NCBI GenBank assembly: GCA_044450345.1
Contig: JBIOIY010000018.1
Coordinates: 1-44,215, forward strand
Reading direction: 5' to 3'
Length of the DNA: 44,215 nucleotides
DNA from: Thermodesulfovibrionales bacterium
GTDB taxonomy: Bacteria > Nitrospirota > Thermodesulfovibrionia > Thermodesulfovibrionales > UBA6898
Each line of letters opens with the position of its first letter. Within the stretch, counting starts at the first letter, position 1. Below are positions 1-8,374 of the stretch, piece after piece. The notes beneath the pieces are model-generated. The model made no database searches and was not told the DNA's origin. It saw only the letters and a program-made list of their open reading frames with translations. A program made the translations under genes and the position numbers.

Positions 1-282
1 ATGCCTTCTCCTATACCCTTCCCAAACATACTGGGGATGCTCCCCGGGATGACCTCTCTGGCCACGATGATGATGGGCGGGATGATCAAGAAGATCAACT
101 GGCCTTCTATCCCTGAACTCGTCGATGCCTGCAAGGAGATGAACGTGAAGCTTATAGCCTGCACCCCTACCCTTGAAATGACCGGGGTCAAGAAGGAAGA
201 CCTTGTCGAGGGCGTAGTCGTCGCCGGAGCCGCAGAGTTCCTGGACTTTGCACTCGATGCGAACATAAGCCTGTTCATATAA
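1..282 (+). CDS. DsrE/DsrF/DrsH-like (DsrE2-type) sulfurtransferase/peroxiredoxin family protein, probably 5'-partial
   Basis: C-terminal motif 'KLIACTPTLEMTGV..EDLVEGV..AGAAEFL..A....ISLFI' is typical of DsrE2-family proteins; the ORF begins at the window edge. Confidence 0.75.
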   Translation: MPSPIPFPNILGMLPGMTSLATMMMGGMIKKINWPSIPELVDACKEMNVKLIACTPTLEMTGVKKEDLVEGVVVAGAAEFLDFALDANISLFI

Positions 283-370
283 TTTAGTGATCTGCCTATG
301 CGGGCATTCTACCCTCCAGCTCGCATAGGTGTCCTGAGGGTTATCCCCGATCCCCAGCCCTCAGGGCACA

Positions 371-427
371 GGCCCTCGCCAGAGGGCCTTATTTTTGATA
401 AGGCCCCTCGCCAGAGGCCTTATTTTT
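371..427 (+). terminator. Tandem pair of near-identical intrinsic terminators
   Basis: GGCCCTCGCCAGAGGGCC+TTATTTTT (371-396) and GGCCCCTCGCCAGAGGCC+TTATTTTT (402-427); both are GC hairpins followed by a T-tract downstream of the DsrE gene. Confidence 0.65.
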
Positions 428-691
428 TCCCAGGTATTTTTTCAAACGGATAGTCGCTTATTCCTAAGACCTTAAGTGTGGGAATCGAACCATACTAACG
501 TGCCTTATAACTATCGGTTGTTAAAAGAGATTTTTCGATCAAAAAGTGCCCTGTTCACGGTTTTGCACGGTTTTGAAAAAAGGGGATTCTTGATTTGGTA
601 GTTTTTCTAATGTCTTTTACAGCGAGATTTTTTATCGAATTAGCAAAAAAAAGGGGCCGTGTTACGGAAGATTGTGTTACAGAAACCTACA

Positions 692-928
692 TCATGCGGC
701 TTGGCGATCAACTTCCCGAACGTGAAGTATTTCTCTGCTGCTCATTAATCTGACATCGTCTAAGTTCAGCGTCAGGACTGCAATGGTTCTTCCTTCAGCA
801 GTGACGAATTCGACTTCATAAGCATTGCCATCCGCATAACAATGCACGACAACGCCGATATCTCCCTCGACCAATCCATACTTTGCAATGTCATGAGTCA
901 GAACAACAGTATCTAATTCCTTGATCAT
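692..928 (-). CDS. DUF4926-like small protein
   Basis: 'MIKELDTVVL...GL..GD.G.VVH.Y...AYEVEF...G.TIAVLTL' pattern; GGGAGGTG RBS upstream. Confidence 0.8.
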   Translation of the reverse strand: MIKELDTVVLTHDIAKYGLVEGDIGVVVHCYADGNAYEVEFVTAEGRTIAVLTLNLDDVRLMSSREILHVREVDRQAA

Positions 929-943
929 ACTACACCTCCCAAC

Positions 944-1135
944 CTAAACCGGATACGCGGTCACAAAACGTGGCCGATCCTGTCCTCTATCAATGATCCA
1001 AATAGTGCGTATTTTGAGAGTCCCTCCAGCAGGTGTCTGAAGAAGACCTTCTATGACATATTTTACACCATGCTCTGATGATTGTGTGTCCAAAATATCT
1101 TCAGTATGCGCTATAGCCAACAACCCCTCTTTTAA
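944..1135 (-). pseudogene. 5'-truncated DUF6883-like gene (usual upstream partner of DUF4926)
   Basis: Not in the ORF track. Manual translation gives LKEGLLAIAHTEDILDTQSSEHGVKYVIEGLLQTPAGGTLKIRTIWIIDRGQDRPRFVTAYPV*; no start codon before an in-frame upstream TGA. Confidence 0.7.
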
Positions 1136-1172
1136 ATTAGCATAGGGGGACCGCGATGTAAATAGTCGTCAG

Positions 1173-1203
1173 TGGCAGAAGCGTGTGAGAATCGAACCCA
1201 CCC
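1173..1203 (-). pseudogene. 3' fragment of a tRNA, most like tRNA-Sec (T-arm, acceptor strand, CCA)
   Basis: Minus strand reads GGGTGGGTTCGATTCTCACACGCTTCTGCCA, resembling selC 3' ends (...CTTCCGCCA); no complementary 5' half is visible upstream. Confidence 0.55.
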
Positions 1204-1261
1204 CATCTCTTATCATATAAAACAAGGTCCCCTCTTGGGAGGGGCAGGGAAGTTGTTATGC

Positions 1262-1453
1262 TTATTCCTCCAGGGTGATCGCGTCCACCGGGCAGTTCTC
1301 CTCGGCAGCCTCGCAGCAGCCTACGAACTCACAGGCATCGGCATCTATCACCTCGGACTTCCCTATCATTTCGTCGACGTGAAAGACAGCGGGACAGATC
1401 TCCTCGCACCTGCCGCACCCGATGCATGTATCCTGATCGACAATGACCTTCAT
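1262..1453 (-). CDS. Ferredoxin (single 4Fe-4S/3Fe-4S cluster type)
   Basis: CIGCGRCEEICP and a distal CPVDAI motif; 63 aa, acidic; ATGA overlap with the upstream gene. Confidence 0.9.
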   Translation of the reverse strand: MKVIVDQDTCIGCGRCEEICPAVFHVDEMIGKSEVIDADACEFVGCCEAAEENCPVDAITLEE

Positions 1454-2409
1454 CCCAACTCCTCTATGACCGCCGCGGCCAAAAGCGGAAACATAATTTC
1501 ATGATGGCCGGTTAGTGCGAAATTGCGGCCCTTCATCGCCGTAGGCCTCTTCAGCACGTTCTCCTTCGGCCTGTAATGCTGCATGAAGTCCATATTGACA
1601 GTAGTTATGTCTTCAACCTTATTGCCGAGGTTCCTGGCAACATTGAGCGCCTTGAGAAATACCTCCGGCAGTATGACGGCGGAACCGAGGTTGATATATA
1701 CTCCTCCCTCCAGGTCTGCAACGACCGCGGCGAGTAATTTGAAGTCGTTCATGCTCCCTCTGCCTATTGCCGCCCCGTCCGCCTCCGGGTGCATATGGAT
1801 AATATCGGTCCCTATGGCAACGTGGACCGTGGCCGGTATACCGAGTTCGTACGCATTGGAAAATATGCTCTTGGATCTATAGGCAAACTCTCCTTTGTGG
1901 ATATATTCACCGAGGGACCTGCCGATCCCATATCCCTTCTTTACGCCCCTTTTTATCGCGAGATTAACTCCCCTCCCCGTCTCCTGCGCCATGCCGAAGG
2001 AACCCCGACAAAGCTCCGCCCCGACATCTTCCGAGGTGTGCCCGACAAGGGCTATCTCAAAGTCGTGCACCGTAGATGCGCCGTTTGTGGCTACCGCCGA
2101 AATCACGTCCCTATTCATCAACTCGATTATGACCGGCGCAAGCCCGAGTTTTATCGGATGGGCGCCCATGCCCAATATCACTGGTCTGCCTTTGCGCCTC
2201 GCTGAGACTATCGCCTTTACCACAGACCTAAAGTCTCTGGCGGCAAAGGCATCCGGCAACTTTTCGACGAAGGTCTTCACGCTGTCACCCTTTACGGGCG
2301 GTCTGGAAAAAGATCTTATTGTGACCTTGCTGGCCCTCGCACAAAGAGAATACGTCTTGACGGACTTCAGAGAAAGGGGCCTGTATTTCTTCATGAGTGA
2401 TTTTAACAC
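1450..2409 (-). CDS. Deoxyhypusine-synthase-like fold protein (GSU2086-like conserved hypothetical)
   Basis: Motifs GAHPIKLGL, ATNGA..HDFE, HVAIGTDIIH, GSAVILPEVFLKAL, GHHEIMFPLL. Confidence 0.7.
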   Translation of the reverse strand: MLKSLMKKYRPLSLKSVKTYSLCARASKVTIRSFSRPPVKGDSVKTFVEKLPDAFAARDFRSVVKAIVSARRKGRPVILGMGAHPIKLGLAPVIIELMNRDVISAVATNGASTVHDFEIALVGHTSEDVGAELCRGSFGMAQETGRGVNLAIKRGVKKGYGIGRSLGEYIHKGEFAYRSKSIFSNAYELGIPATVHVAIGTDIIHMHPEADGAAIGRGSMNDFKLLAAVVADLEGGVYINLGSAVILPEVFLKALNVARNLGNKVEDITTVNMDFMQHYRPKENVLKRPTAMKGRNFALTGHHEIMFPLLAAAVIEELG

Positions 2410-2477
2410 ATACCTACTTGATTTAAAATCCCATTATATGTTAAAAAATAAGATAATTTTAGAAGGAGGAATTCAAT

Positions 2478-2765
2478 TTGGCGGCAAAAGCACCGGTAAA
2501 GAAAAACCTTTCAGCGATAAAGAGGGCGAGACAGGCTGAAAAAAGAAATGAACGGAACAGGGTCGAGCGTTCCAAGATAAAAAGCGTGGTGAAGTCGGTA
2601 GAGGCCGCCGTCAAAGGCGGCGACAAAGAGGCGGTGAAAAGCGTACTTCTCAGCGCGACAAAGGTCATCAGCAGCGCGCGGTCGAAAGGGATCATTCATA
2701 AAAATAACGCATCCAGAAAAATATCGCGGCTGACCAGGAAGGTCAATGCAGTTTCGAAAGCCTGA
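2478..2765 (+). CDS. rpsT: 30S ribosomal protein S20
   Basis: SAIKRARQAEKRN.RN...S.IK and KGIIHKNNASRKISRL; TTG start after AGGAGG. Confidence 0.97.
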   Translation: MAAKAPVKKNLSAIKRARQAEKRNERNRVERSKIKSVVKSVEAAVKGGDKEAVKSVLLSATKVISSARSKGIIHKNNASRKISRLTRKVNAVSKA

Positions 2766-3648
2766 GCAATCTGAGCAGAAGAAGTTCCATCGGATACGCG
2801 CTTCCGGAACTTTTTATATCCACATCAGCTTCGCTCATTAGACCAAAGACCCGGTTGAAATAGTTCCGTTCCGACTGGGTATTTTTTTCCGCAAAGAACC
2901 TGCCATACTGCCAGTTGAGCGCTCCGAGAAGGCTATAGGGCTCTTCGGTATCTCTTAACACCCTGTATATCCTGAACGTCTCTTCGGTATCTTTCGCCCT
3001 CAAGGCATCGACGAGCGCAAAAGCGCTGAAGGCCCTATTGCCCTCTATGATCTCAGCCAGGTCCTCTTTCTTTATTTGCGGCTTCCCGATCAGGGCGCAT
3101 TTGTCGAGTTCCGAAGAGAGAAGTCCGAGGTCGAGTCCTATAGTCCCGAGCAGGTAGTCGACAGCGTCGTCCGACAACCCGACCCCCCTCGTCTTCGCCT
3201 TTGTCTTGAGCCAGGCGGGTATCTCCCGTCCGCTTATATCCAGGGTTATCTGTTTAAGGCCTGTCAAGGATTCCCTTGCTTCCTTCTTTAATGTCCCTGC
3301 ATGAAAAAGGACCAGGACCGAACTTTCAGACGGAGCGAGAAGATACTGGCCAAGTTTCTTAAGGTCCTTCTTCAGAAGCTTATGGACATTTTCGATAACC
3401 ACGAACTTCCTGCCCGAAAAGAAAGGCACCGTATTCAGGACATCGATGATCCGGTCGAACGGGGTATCACTCTCTTTCGCACTAATAACATCGAACGTCT
3501 GGAGATTAAAATCCCTCTCCCCCTCGGGGACGAGCATCTTTATTAACGACATGGCTTCAGTATGGAGGAAAGGATCGGAGGCCACAAGGACATACGCCGG
3601 TGCAGGAAGTCCTTTTTCCAGCTCTTCAAGGAAATTGCGGTAACTCAT
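2743..3648 (-). CDS. holA: DNA polymerase III subunit delta
   Basis: DFN..F, 'NTVPFFSGRKFVVI', 'L.SELDK' motifs; canonical leuS-lptE-holA order convergent with rpsT. Confidence 0.9.
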   Translation of the reverse strand: MSYRNFLEELEKGLPAPAYVLVASDPFLHTEAMSLIKMLVPEGERDFNLQTFDVISAKESDTPFDRIIDVLNTVPFFSGRKFVVIENVHKLLKKDLKKLGQYLLAPSESSVLVLFHAGTLKKEARESLTGLKQITLDISGREIPAWLKTKAKTRGVGLSDDAVDYLLGTIGLDLGLLSSELDKCALIGKPQIKKEDLAEIIEGNRAFSAFALVDALRAKDTEETFRIYRVLRDTEEPYSLLGALNWQYGRFFAEKNTQSERNYFNRVFGLMSEADVDIKSSGSAYPMELLLLRLLRLSKLH

Positions 3649-4151
3649 CTGAATAGTAAGGCGCCGACTATCTCCATGGCTATGTCGGACATCGCCCGCT
3701 CTTCCGCAATATCTTTCAGGGCAAGCAGACGCCCGAGATCTCCCGGGTCGGTCAGCGCGACGATAAAAGGGGAGCTTATATTCTTCACTTTCACCACCCG
3801 GCCTTCGCGGTCGAAGAGTCTGAACTCCGCGCTCACAGTCACCCTGTACTCCGCCGTGACGCCCCCTTTTTCAGAAAGGCTCATCAGGTCAAAGCTATTC
3901 ACAACCCCGGTAATTCTATACTCCGCTCCGCGACTGACCCTGATGCCCTGTTTCATGAACTCTTCAGTAAGTGCCCTCTGCAACTTGTCCTGAAGTTTGG
4001 GCTCCACTGTCCTGTTGTCGATAAGCCCGATACTGATCTCCGTCGCAGGGAGCGCCGATTGGCGGTGGATACTGTATCCGCAGCCGGAGGTGGCAAGCGC
4101 CGCAATAAAAATAATGTTGAACATCACTGCCTGTGCTTTTTTTATTCTCAT
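3645..4151 (-). CDS. lptE: LPS assembly lipoprotein LptE family
   Basis: Lipobox TSGC-GY and N.T.EP.L motif; located between leuS and holA. Confidence 0.85.
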   Translation of the reverse strand: MRIKKAQAVMFNIIFIAALATSGCGYSIHRQSALPATEISIGLIDNRTVEPKLQDKLQRALTEEFMKQGIRVSRGAEYRITGVVNSFDLMSLSEKGGVTAEYRVTVSAEFRLFDREGRVVKVKNISSPFIVALTDPGDLGRLLALKDIAEERAMSDIAMEIVGALLFR

Positions 4152-4158
4152 CTGTTCT

Positions 4159-6642
4159 CTAACCGACCACAATATTGACTAGCCTGCCCTTGACCACGAT
4201 CACCTTTCTTATACCCTTCTGACCTATAAATTCAGCGGTCTTCCGGTCGCCGAGCGCGAGCTTCTTTATCTCGTCTTCGGAAAGGCCTATGGAGATCATC
4301 AACTTCCCCCTTACTTTTCCGTTGACCTGGATGACGAGTTCTACCTCCTCGTCCTTTGCGAGTTCCTCGTCCCATGCCGGCCATCCCTTCCCTGATATGA
4401 ACGGTCCGTTGCCGATAGCCTCCCATAGTTCCTCTGCAATATGCGGAGTAAACGGTGCAAGAAGGAGAAGGGTGCTTTCAACGGCAACCCTGAGGATTTC
4501 CCGTCCCTTCTTGTCATGGGGTTCGAAGCCCGTCATTTCATTTACGATCTCCATCAATGCGGAGATCGCCGTATTGAAATGATATTCTTTTTCTATGTCG
4601 GCCGTTACTTTTTTGATCGTCTGATGTGTCTTTCTCAGCAACGAACGGCCCTCTTCCGGCATATCCGGGGCATCGCCGCTATGAGAGGCGGCCGGGGTAC
4701 TGCTCCTCAGTGCATCCAGGTTATTGTACACCACGTTCCATACCCGGGACAGAAACCGGTAAGCGCCTTCGACGCCCTTGTCGGACCACTCCAGGTCCTT
4801 CTCCGGCGGCGCCGCAAAAAGGGAAAAGAGCCGTGACGTGTCCGAGCCGTATCGTTCTATGAGGTAGTCGGGATCGACGACATTGCCCTTCGACTTTGAC
4901 ATCTTCGCCCCGTCTTTTATGACCATACCCTGGGTAAGGAGGTTCCTGAAGGGTTCACTGTAGCCGATGATCCCGAGGTCGCGCACAACCCGCGTGAAAA
5001 AACGCGAATACAGAAGGTGAAGCACCGCGTGTTCAACGCCGCCGATGTACTGGTCGACAGGCATCCAGTAGCCAAGTTCAGGGCTCATGGACTTCAGTTT
5101 CGAATCGATACCGGGATCGTCCTTCGCGAAACAGTACCGGATAAAATACCAGGAAGAATCCACAAAGGTGTCCATGGTGTCCGTCTCTCGCCTCGCCTTC
5201 CCCCCGCAGGAAGGACAACCGGTATCGAGAAAAGACGGGGATTCAAGAAGCGGCGAGCCGCCCTTTCCTGTAAACCTGACGTCCTCGGGAAGGATTACAG
5301 GCAGGTCTTTTTCAGGGACCGGAATTATGCCGCACCTGTCGCAATAGACTACCGGGATCGGCGTTCCCCAGTAACGCTGTCTCGATATGCCCCAGTCCCT
5401 GAGCTTATAGTTAATAACCTTGCGGCCGAGTCCTTTGTCTTCGAGATATATTGCTATGGCGTCCCTGGCCTCACTGCTTTTAAGCCCGCTGAACTGCCCC
5501 GAATTGACCAGCACACCCTCGTCTTCATAGGCCTCATCCAAGGGCGCTGAATGCTGAGCGCTGAGCGCTGACTGCTGATCGGGCATTATCACCACTTTTA
5601 TCGGAAGACCATACTTCCCGGCGAAATCGAAGTCCCTCTGGTCGTGGGCAGGCACGGACATGATCGCCCCGGTGCCGTATTCCATGAGGACGAAGTTTGC
5701 AACGTATATCGGGACCTTTTCTTCGTTCACCGGGTTGATACAATAGCGGCCTGTAAAAAGACCCAGTTTCTCGTCGACCTTGCCGTACTGTGCGGTTATC
5801 TCGGCAAGGTCAGCCTTGTCCCGGACCAATCGCTCGGAAAGGGGATGCGGCGGGGATAGGCACACAAAGGACACCCCGAAGAGAGTATCGGGCCTTGTGG
5901 TAAAGATCCTTATGCTCTCATCGGTGCCGTCGATCCGGAAATCGGCCTCGACGCCGTAGCTCTTCCCTATCCAATTCTTCTGCATCAGCACGACCTTGTC
6001 CGGCCAGCCTGTCAGCCCGTCACAGCCGGCAAGAAGTTCTTCCGCATACTGAGTAATCCTGAGGAACCACTGAAACAGCTCCTTCTGGATGACGACGCTG
6101 TCGCACCTCCAGCATTTCGAATCAATGACCTGCTCGTTCGCAAGGACCGTCCGGCAGGAAGGGCACCAATTGACATACGAGGATTTCCTGTAGGCGAGCC
6201 CTTTTTCGAGCATCCTTATAAAGAACCATTGGTTCCAGCGGTAGTATTCGGGACTGCAGGTGGTTACTTCGCGCTCCCAGTCATAGCTCAGGCCGAGTTT
6301 GTTCAGCTGGTCTTTCATGTAACTGATATTTTCGTAGGTCCACTTCGAAGGATGAATGCCGTGGTTGATCGCCGCGTTTTCAGCAGGCATCCCGAAGGCG
6401 TCCCAGCCCATGGGGTGGAGCACATTAAAGCCCCTCATTCTCTTATATCGCGCAATAACGTCGCCTATGGCATAATTTCTGACATGGCCCATATGAATCT
6501 TCCCCGAAGGATAGGGGAACATCTCGAGACAATAAAATTTCTCGCGGGATTCATCATACAGGGTCTTATGAAGGTTTTTTTCGGCCCAGTATTTCTGCCA
6601 CTTGGGCTCAACTCTCTTAGGGTCGTATCTCTCTTCCAACAA
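4159..6642 (-). CDS. leuS: Leucine--tRNA ligase
   Basis: [40 protein letters not shown] and KMSKS motifs; TTG start after GGAGG. Confidence 0.98.
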   Translation of the reverse strand: MLEERYDPKRVEPKWQKYWAEKNLHKTLYDESREKFYCLEMFPYPSGKIHMGHVRNYAIGDVIARYKRMRGFNVLHPMGWDAFGMPAENAAINHGIHPSKWTYENISYMKDQLNKLGLSYDWEREVTTCSPEYYRWNQWFFIRMLEKGLAYRKSSYVNWCPSCRTVLANEQVIDSKCWRCDSVVIQKELFQWFLRITQYAEELLAGCDGLTGWPDKVVLMQKNWIGKSYGVEADFRIDGTDESIRIFTTRPDTLFGVSFVCLSPPHPLSERLVRDKADLAEITAQYGKVDEKLGLFTGRYCINPVNEEKVPIYVANFVLMEYGTGAIMSVPAHDQRDFDFAGKYGLPIKVVIMPDQQSALSAQHSAPLDEAYEDEGVLVNSGQFSGLKSSEARDAIAIYLEDKGLGRKVINYKLRDWGISRQRYWGTPIPVVYCDRCGIIPVPEKDLPVILPEDVRFTGKGGSPLLESPSFLDTGCPSCGGKARRETDTMDTFVDSSWYFIRYCFAKDDPGIDSKLKSMSPELGYWMPVDQYIGGVEHAVLHLLYSRFFTRVVRDLGIIGYSEPFRNLLTQGMVIKDGAKMSKSKGNVVDPDYLIERYGSDTSRLFSLFAAPPEKDLEWSDKGVEGAYRFLSRVWNVVYNNLDALRSSTPAASHSGDAPDMPEEGRSLLRKTHQTIKKVTADIEKEYHFNTAISALMEIVNEMTGFEPHDKKGREILRVAVESTLLLLAPFTPHIAEELWEAIGNGPFISGKGWPAWDEELAKDEEVELVIQVNGKVRGKLMISIGLSEDEIKKLALGDRKTAEFIGQKGIRKVIVVKGRLVNIVVG
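5546..5580. repeat. Five tandem GCTGAnn heptamers inside leuS
   Basis: gctgaat gctgagc gctgagc gctgact gctgatc; encodes the [11 protein letters not shown] segment. Confidence 0.75.
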
Positions 6643-6740
6643 TGCTACCTCCGGGCTGATCTGAAACTAATTATCGTTTTGCGCAGGATGCCCGGGTATT
6701 ATACCATAGAAGAGTTGATGACCCGGCCTGGAAACGGTTG

Positions 6741-6869
6741 CGCTGAGAAGCTAAAAACTGTCATTCCCGCAAGCAAAGCGCGTCGGGAATCCTTCCGAAA
6801 AACCCGGAAAGATTCCGGACAAGCCGGAATGACAAACAAGGGTAACGCCATTTTTTTTAGGATGCAGCG
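6741..6869. repeat. REP/MITE-like palindromic element (GTCATTCC...GGAATGAC family), copy 1
   Basis: Core 6760-6833 GTCATTCCCG...CGGGAATCC...GATTCCGGACAAGCCGGAATGAC; imperfect outer IR CGCTG..CTAAAAA / TTTTTAG..CAGCG; related copy at 33777-33852. Confidence 0.75.
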
Positions 6870-6871
6870 TG

Positions 6872-7633
6872 CTAAACATTAAATGACCTCATCCCCCCCC
6901 CGGGGCTGAACGTTTTCCTGAACATTCGTTTCATAAATCTTTTTGCCGACAAAGCGGCCTTCAGAACCCCGCTTCCCTTTGCCAACTCTGCGGCAAGGGC
7001 GGCCGAAAATGTGCAGCCTGTGCCGTGAAATTCACCATCCACCTTCTCCCCCTTCAGGTAATGGAACCGGCCGTCATAGAGAAGGTCTGTTGCGGTCCCC
7101 TCGAGATGTCCTCCTGTTATAATCACGTTCGTTGCACCCAGAGCGGCCAGACTCATCGCCGCTTTTTCCATGTCATGGATAGTCGCGATCTTTACCCCGC
7201 TCAGCACAGATGCCTCATGGATATTGGGGGTGACTGCGATACAAAGAGGCAACAGCTTTGTTTTCACAACAGCCGGCACGTCCCTCTCGCAAAGAATTCT
7301 GCCCGTTGAAGAGAGCATGACAGGATCGACAACTACGTTATTCAGGGAATACCTCCTGATCGCCGACACGATAGCTAAAACGTTTGCCGCAGTATAGACC
7401 ATGCCTGTTTTAGTCGCCGCCGGTGTCATGTCCGACAGCAATGTCTCCAATTGTCTTGCCACAAATGCGCCGGGCACGGGGATAACGCCTTCGACCCCTT
7501 TTGAGTTCTGGGCGGTAAGAGAAGAAACAACCGAAAGACCGTATATACCAAAGGCGCGAAAAACCTTAAGGTCTTGCTGGATTCCTGCCCCCCCGGAAGG
7601 ATCGGAACCCGCTATGGACATACACAGTATCAT
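6872..7633 (-). CDS. thiD: Hydroxymethylpyrimidine/phosphomethylpyrimidine kinase
   Basis: SIAGSDPSGGAGIQQDLK, VVDPVM, TPNIHEA, HGTGCTFSAA. Confidence 0.95.
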   Translation of the reverse strand: MILCMSIAGSDPSGGAGIQQDLKVFRAFGIYGLSVVSSLTAQNSKGVEGVIPVPGAFVARQLETLLSDMTPAATKTGMVYTAANVLAIVSAIRRYSLNNVVVDPVMLSSTGRILCERDVPAVVKTKLLPLCIAVTPNIHEASVLSGVKIATIHDMEKAAMSLAALGATNVIITGGHLEGTATDLLYDGRFHYLKGEKVDGEFHGTGCTFSAALAAELAKGSGVLKAALSAKRFMKRMFRKTFSPGGGMRSFNV

Positions 7634-7639
7634 TTATGA

Positions 7640-7669
7640 ATTATACCGCGGCAAAAAAAATATTCACAA
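7640..7669 (-). promoter_or_regulatory. Putative sigma70 promoter of thiD (likely leaderless transcript)
   Basis: TTGTGA-18 nt-TATAAT on the minus strand, 6 nt before the ATG; no SD sequence. Confidence 0.5.
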
Positions 7670-7785
7670 GGACTGACGTCACTCCGTGCTGATGAGGAGA
7701 CGCTACATTCCCTTAATAGGGAAATATTTTTCTCAAAAGGGAATTGGAGGTCGTCACGTGTGCTATAATATCGAAAGGATCGTTA

Positions 7786-7801
7786 TGGCACAGGATGTGC
7801 A
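7786..7801 (+). promoter_or_regulatory. Putative sigma54 (-24/-12) promoter
   Basis: TGGCACAGGATGTGCA has the GG-N10-GC spacing of the RpoN consensus. Confidence 0.45.
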
Positions 7802-7952
7802 TATCTTAATAATTTTGGTATGTAAATATCTTTTGTTCTAATATTTATTGTTGACAGAAGTAAAATAAAGGTATAATATTTTCACAATATTCAGGTCATA
7901 TGTAAATGGGCAAATAAGATGAATTTTACGACGAAAGGAGGTGTTTAAGATA

Positions 7953-8162
7953 ATGAAGAAATTCTTGGCTTTAATGCTTACTTTAATAATGGTTCTGTCC
8001 TTAGCGCTGACCATTGGATGCCAGAAGAAAGAGGAGGCCCCGAAGCCTGCTGAAGCTCCTGCTCCGGCACCGGCTCCTGCTCCGGCACCGGCTCCTGGCG
8101 GTGAGAAGCCTGCTGAAGCTCCTGCTCCGGCACCGGCTCCTGCTGCACCTGCCGGCAAATAA
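7953..8162 (+). CDS. Small Pro/Ala-rich lipoprotein
   Basis: AAGGAGGTG RBS, MKK-hydrophobic signal with TIGC lipobox, two KPAEAPAPAPAP repeats, own terminator. Confidence 0.85.
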   Translation: MKKFLALMLTLIMVLSLALTIGCQKKEEAPKPAEAPAPAPAPAPAPAPGGEKPAEAPAPAPAPAAPAGK

Positions 8163-8182
8163 TTGCATCCGGTACATTTTTA

Positions 8183-8223
8183 AACAATAAAAAAGGGCTC
8201 GCAAAGAGCCCTTTTTTATTGTT
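8183..8223. terminator. Bidirectional intrinsic terminator
   Basis: Perfect IR AACAATAAAAAAGGGCTC-gcaaa-GAGCCCTTTTTTATTGTT between convergent genes. Confidence 0.9.
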
Positions 8224-8238
8224 CACTGAATTCTCCAT

Positions 8239-8374
8239 TGAAGAACCCTGAGGCACCAACAGTAGGGGCCTTAGGCCAGACCGCAGGGTATCTTAACGTG
8301 AGGATATCTTCTTTCTCATATTCGCTCGCTAACCCCGCAGCAAGCAACGGGCAATGCGCTCGCTATCCGTTTCA
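8239..8374 (+). mobile_element. Non-autonomous dispersed repeat (IS200/IS605-end-like MITE), copy 1
   Basis: TGAAGAACCCT...AGACCGCAGGGTATCTTAACG...CTCGCTAACCCCGCAGCAAGCAAC.GG.AATGCGCTC.CTATCCGTTTCA; near-identical copy at 41444-41558. Confidence 0.7.

Larger units (their letters stand above)
476..1198. mobile_element. Decayed integrative islet flanked by att-like direct repeats derived from a tRNA T-arm
   Basis: GTGTGGGAATCGAACC (476-491) and GTGTGAGAATCGAACC (1183-1198) are 15/16 identical; interior is AT-rich with short direct repeats and a truncated gene pair. Confidence 0.55.

Noticed and set aside
295..684. Possible CRISPR array from clustered repeats
   Set aside because: Repeats occur only in pairs, with no constant repeat-spacer periodicity and no cas genes.
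1173..1270. Possible intact tRNA-Sec gene
   Set aside because: Only the T-arm and 3' acceptor strand are present; no pairing 5' strand, D-arm or UCA anticodon arm is visible upstream.
2743..2765. Convergent overlap of rpsT and holA
   Set aside because: A common conserved arrangement; not novel.
7838..8259. Minus-strand GAGAGA / QEPVPE / RSRCRS repeat ORFs
   Set aside because: These are antisense readings of the Pro/Ala lipoprotein repeat; the plus strand has the SD, lipobox and terminator.
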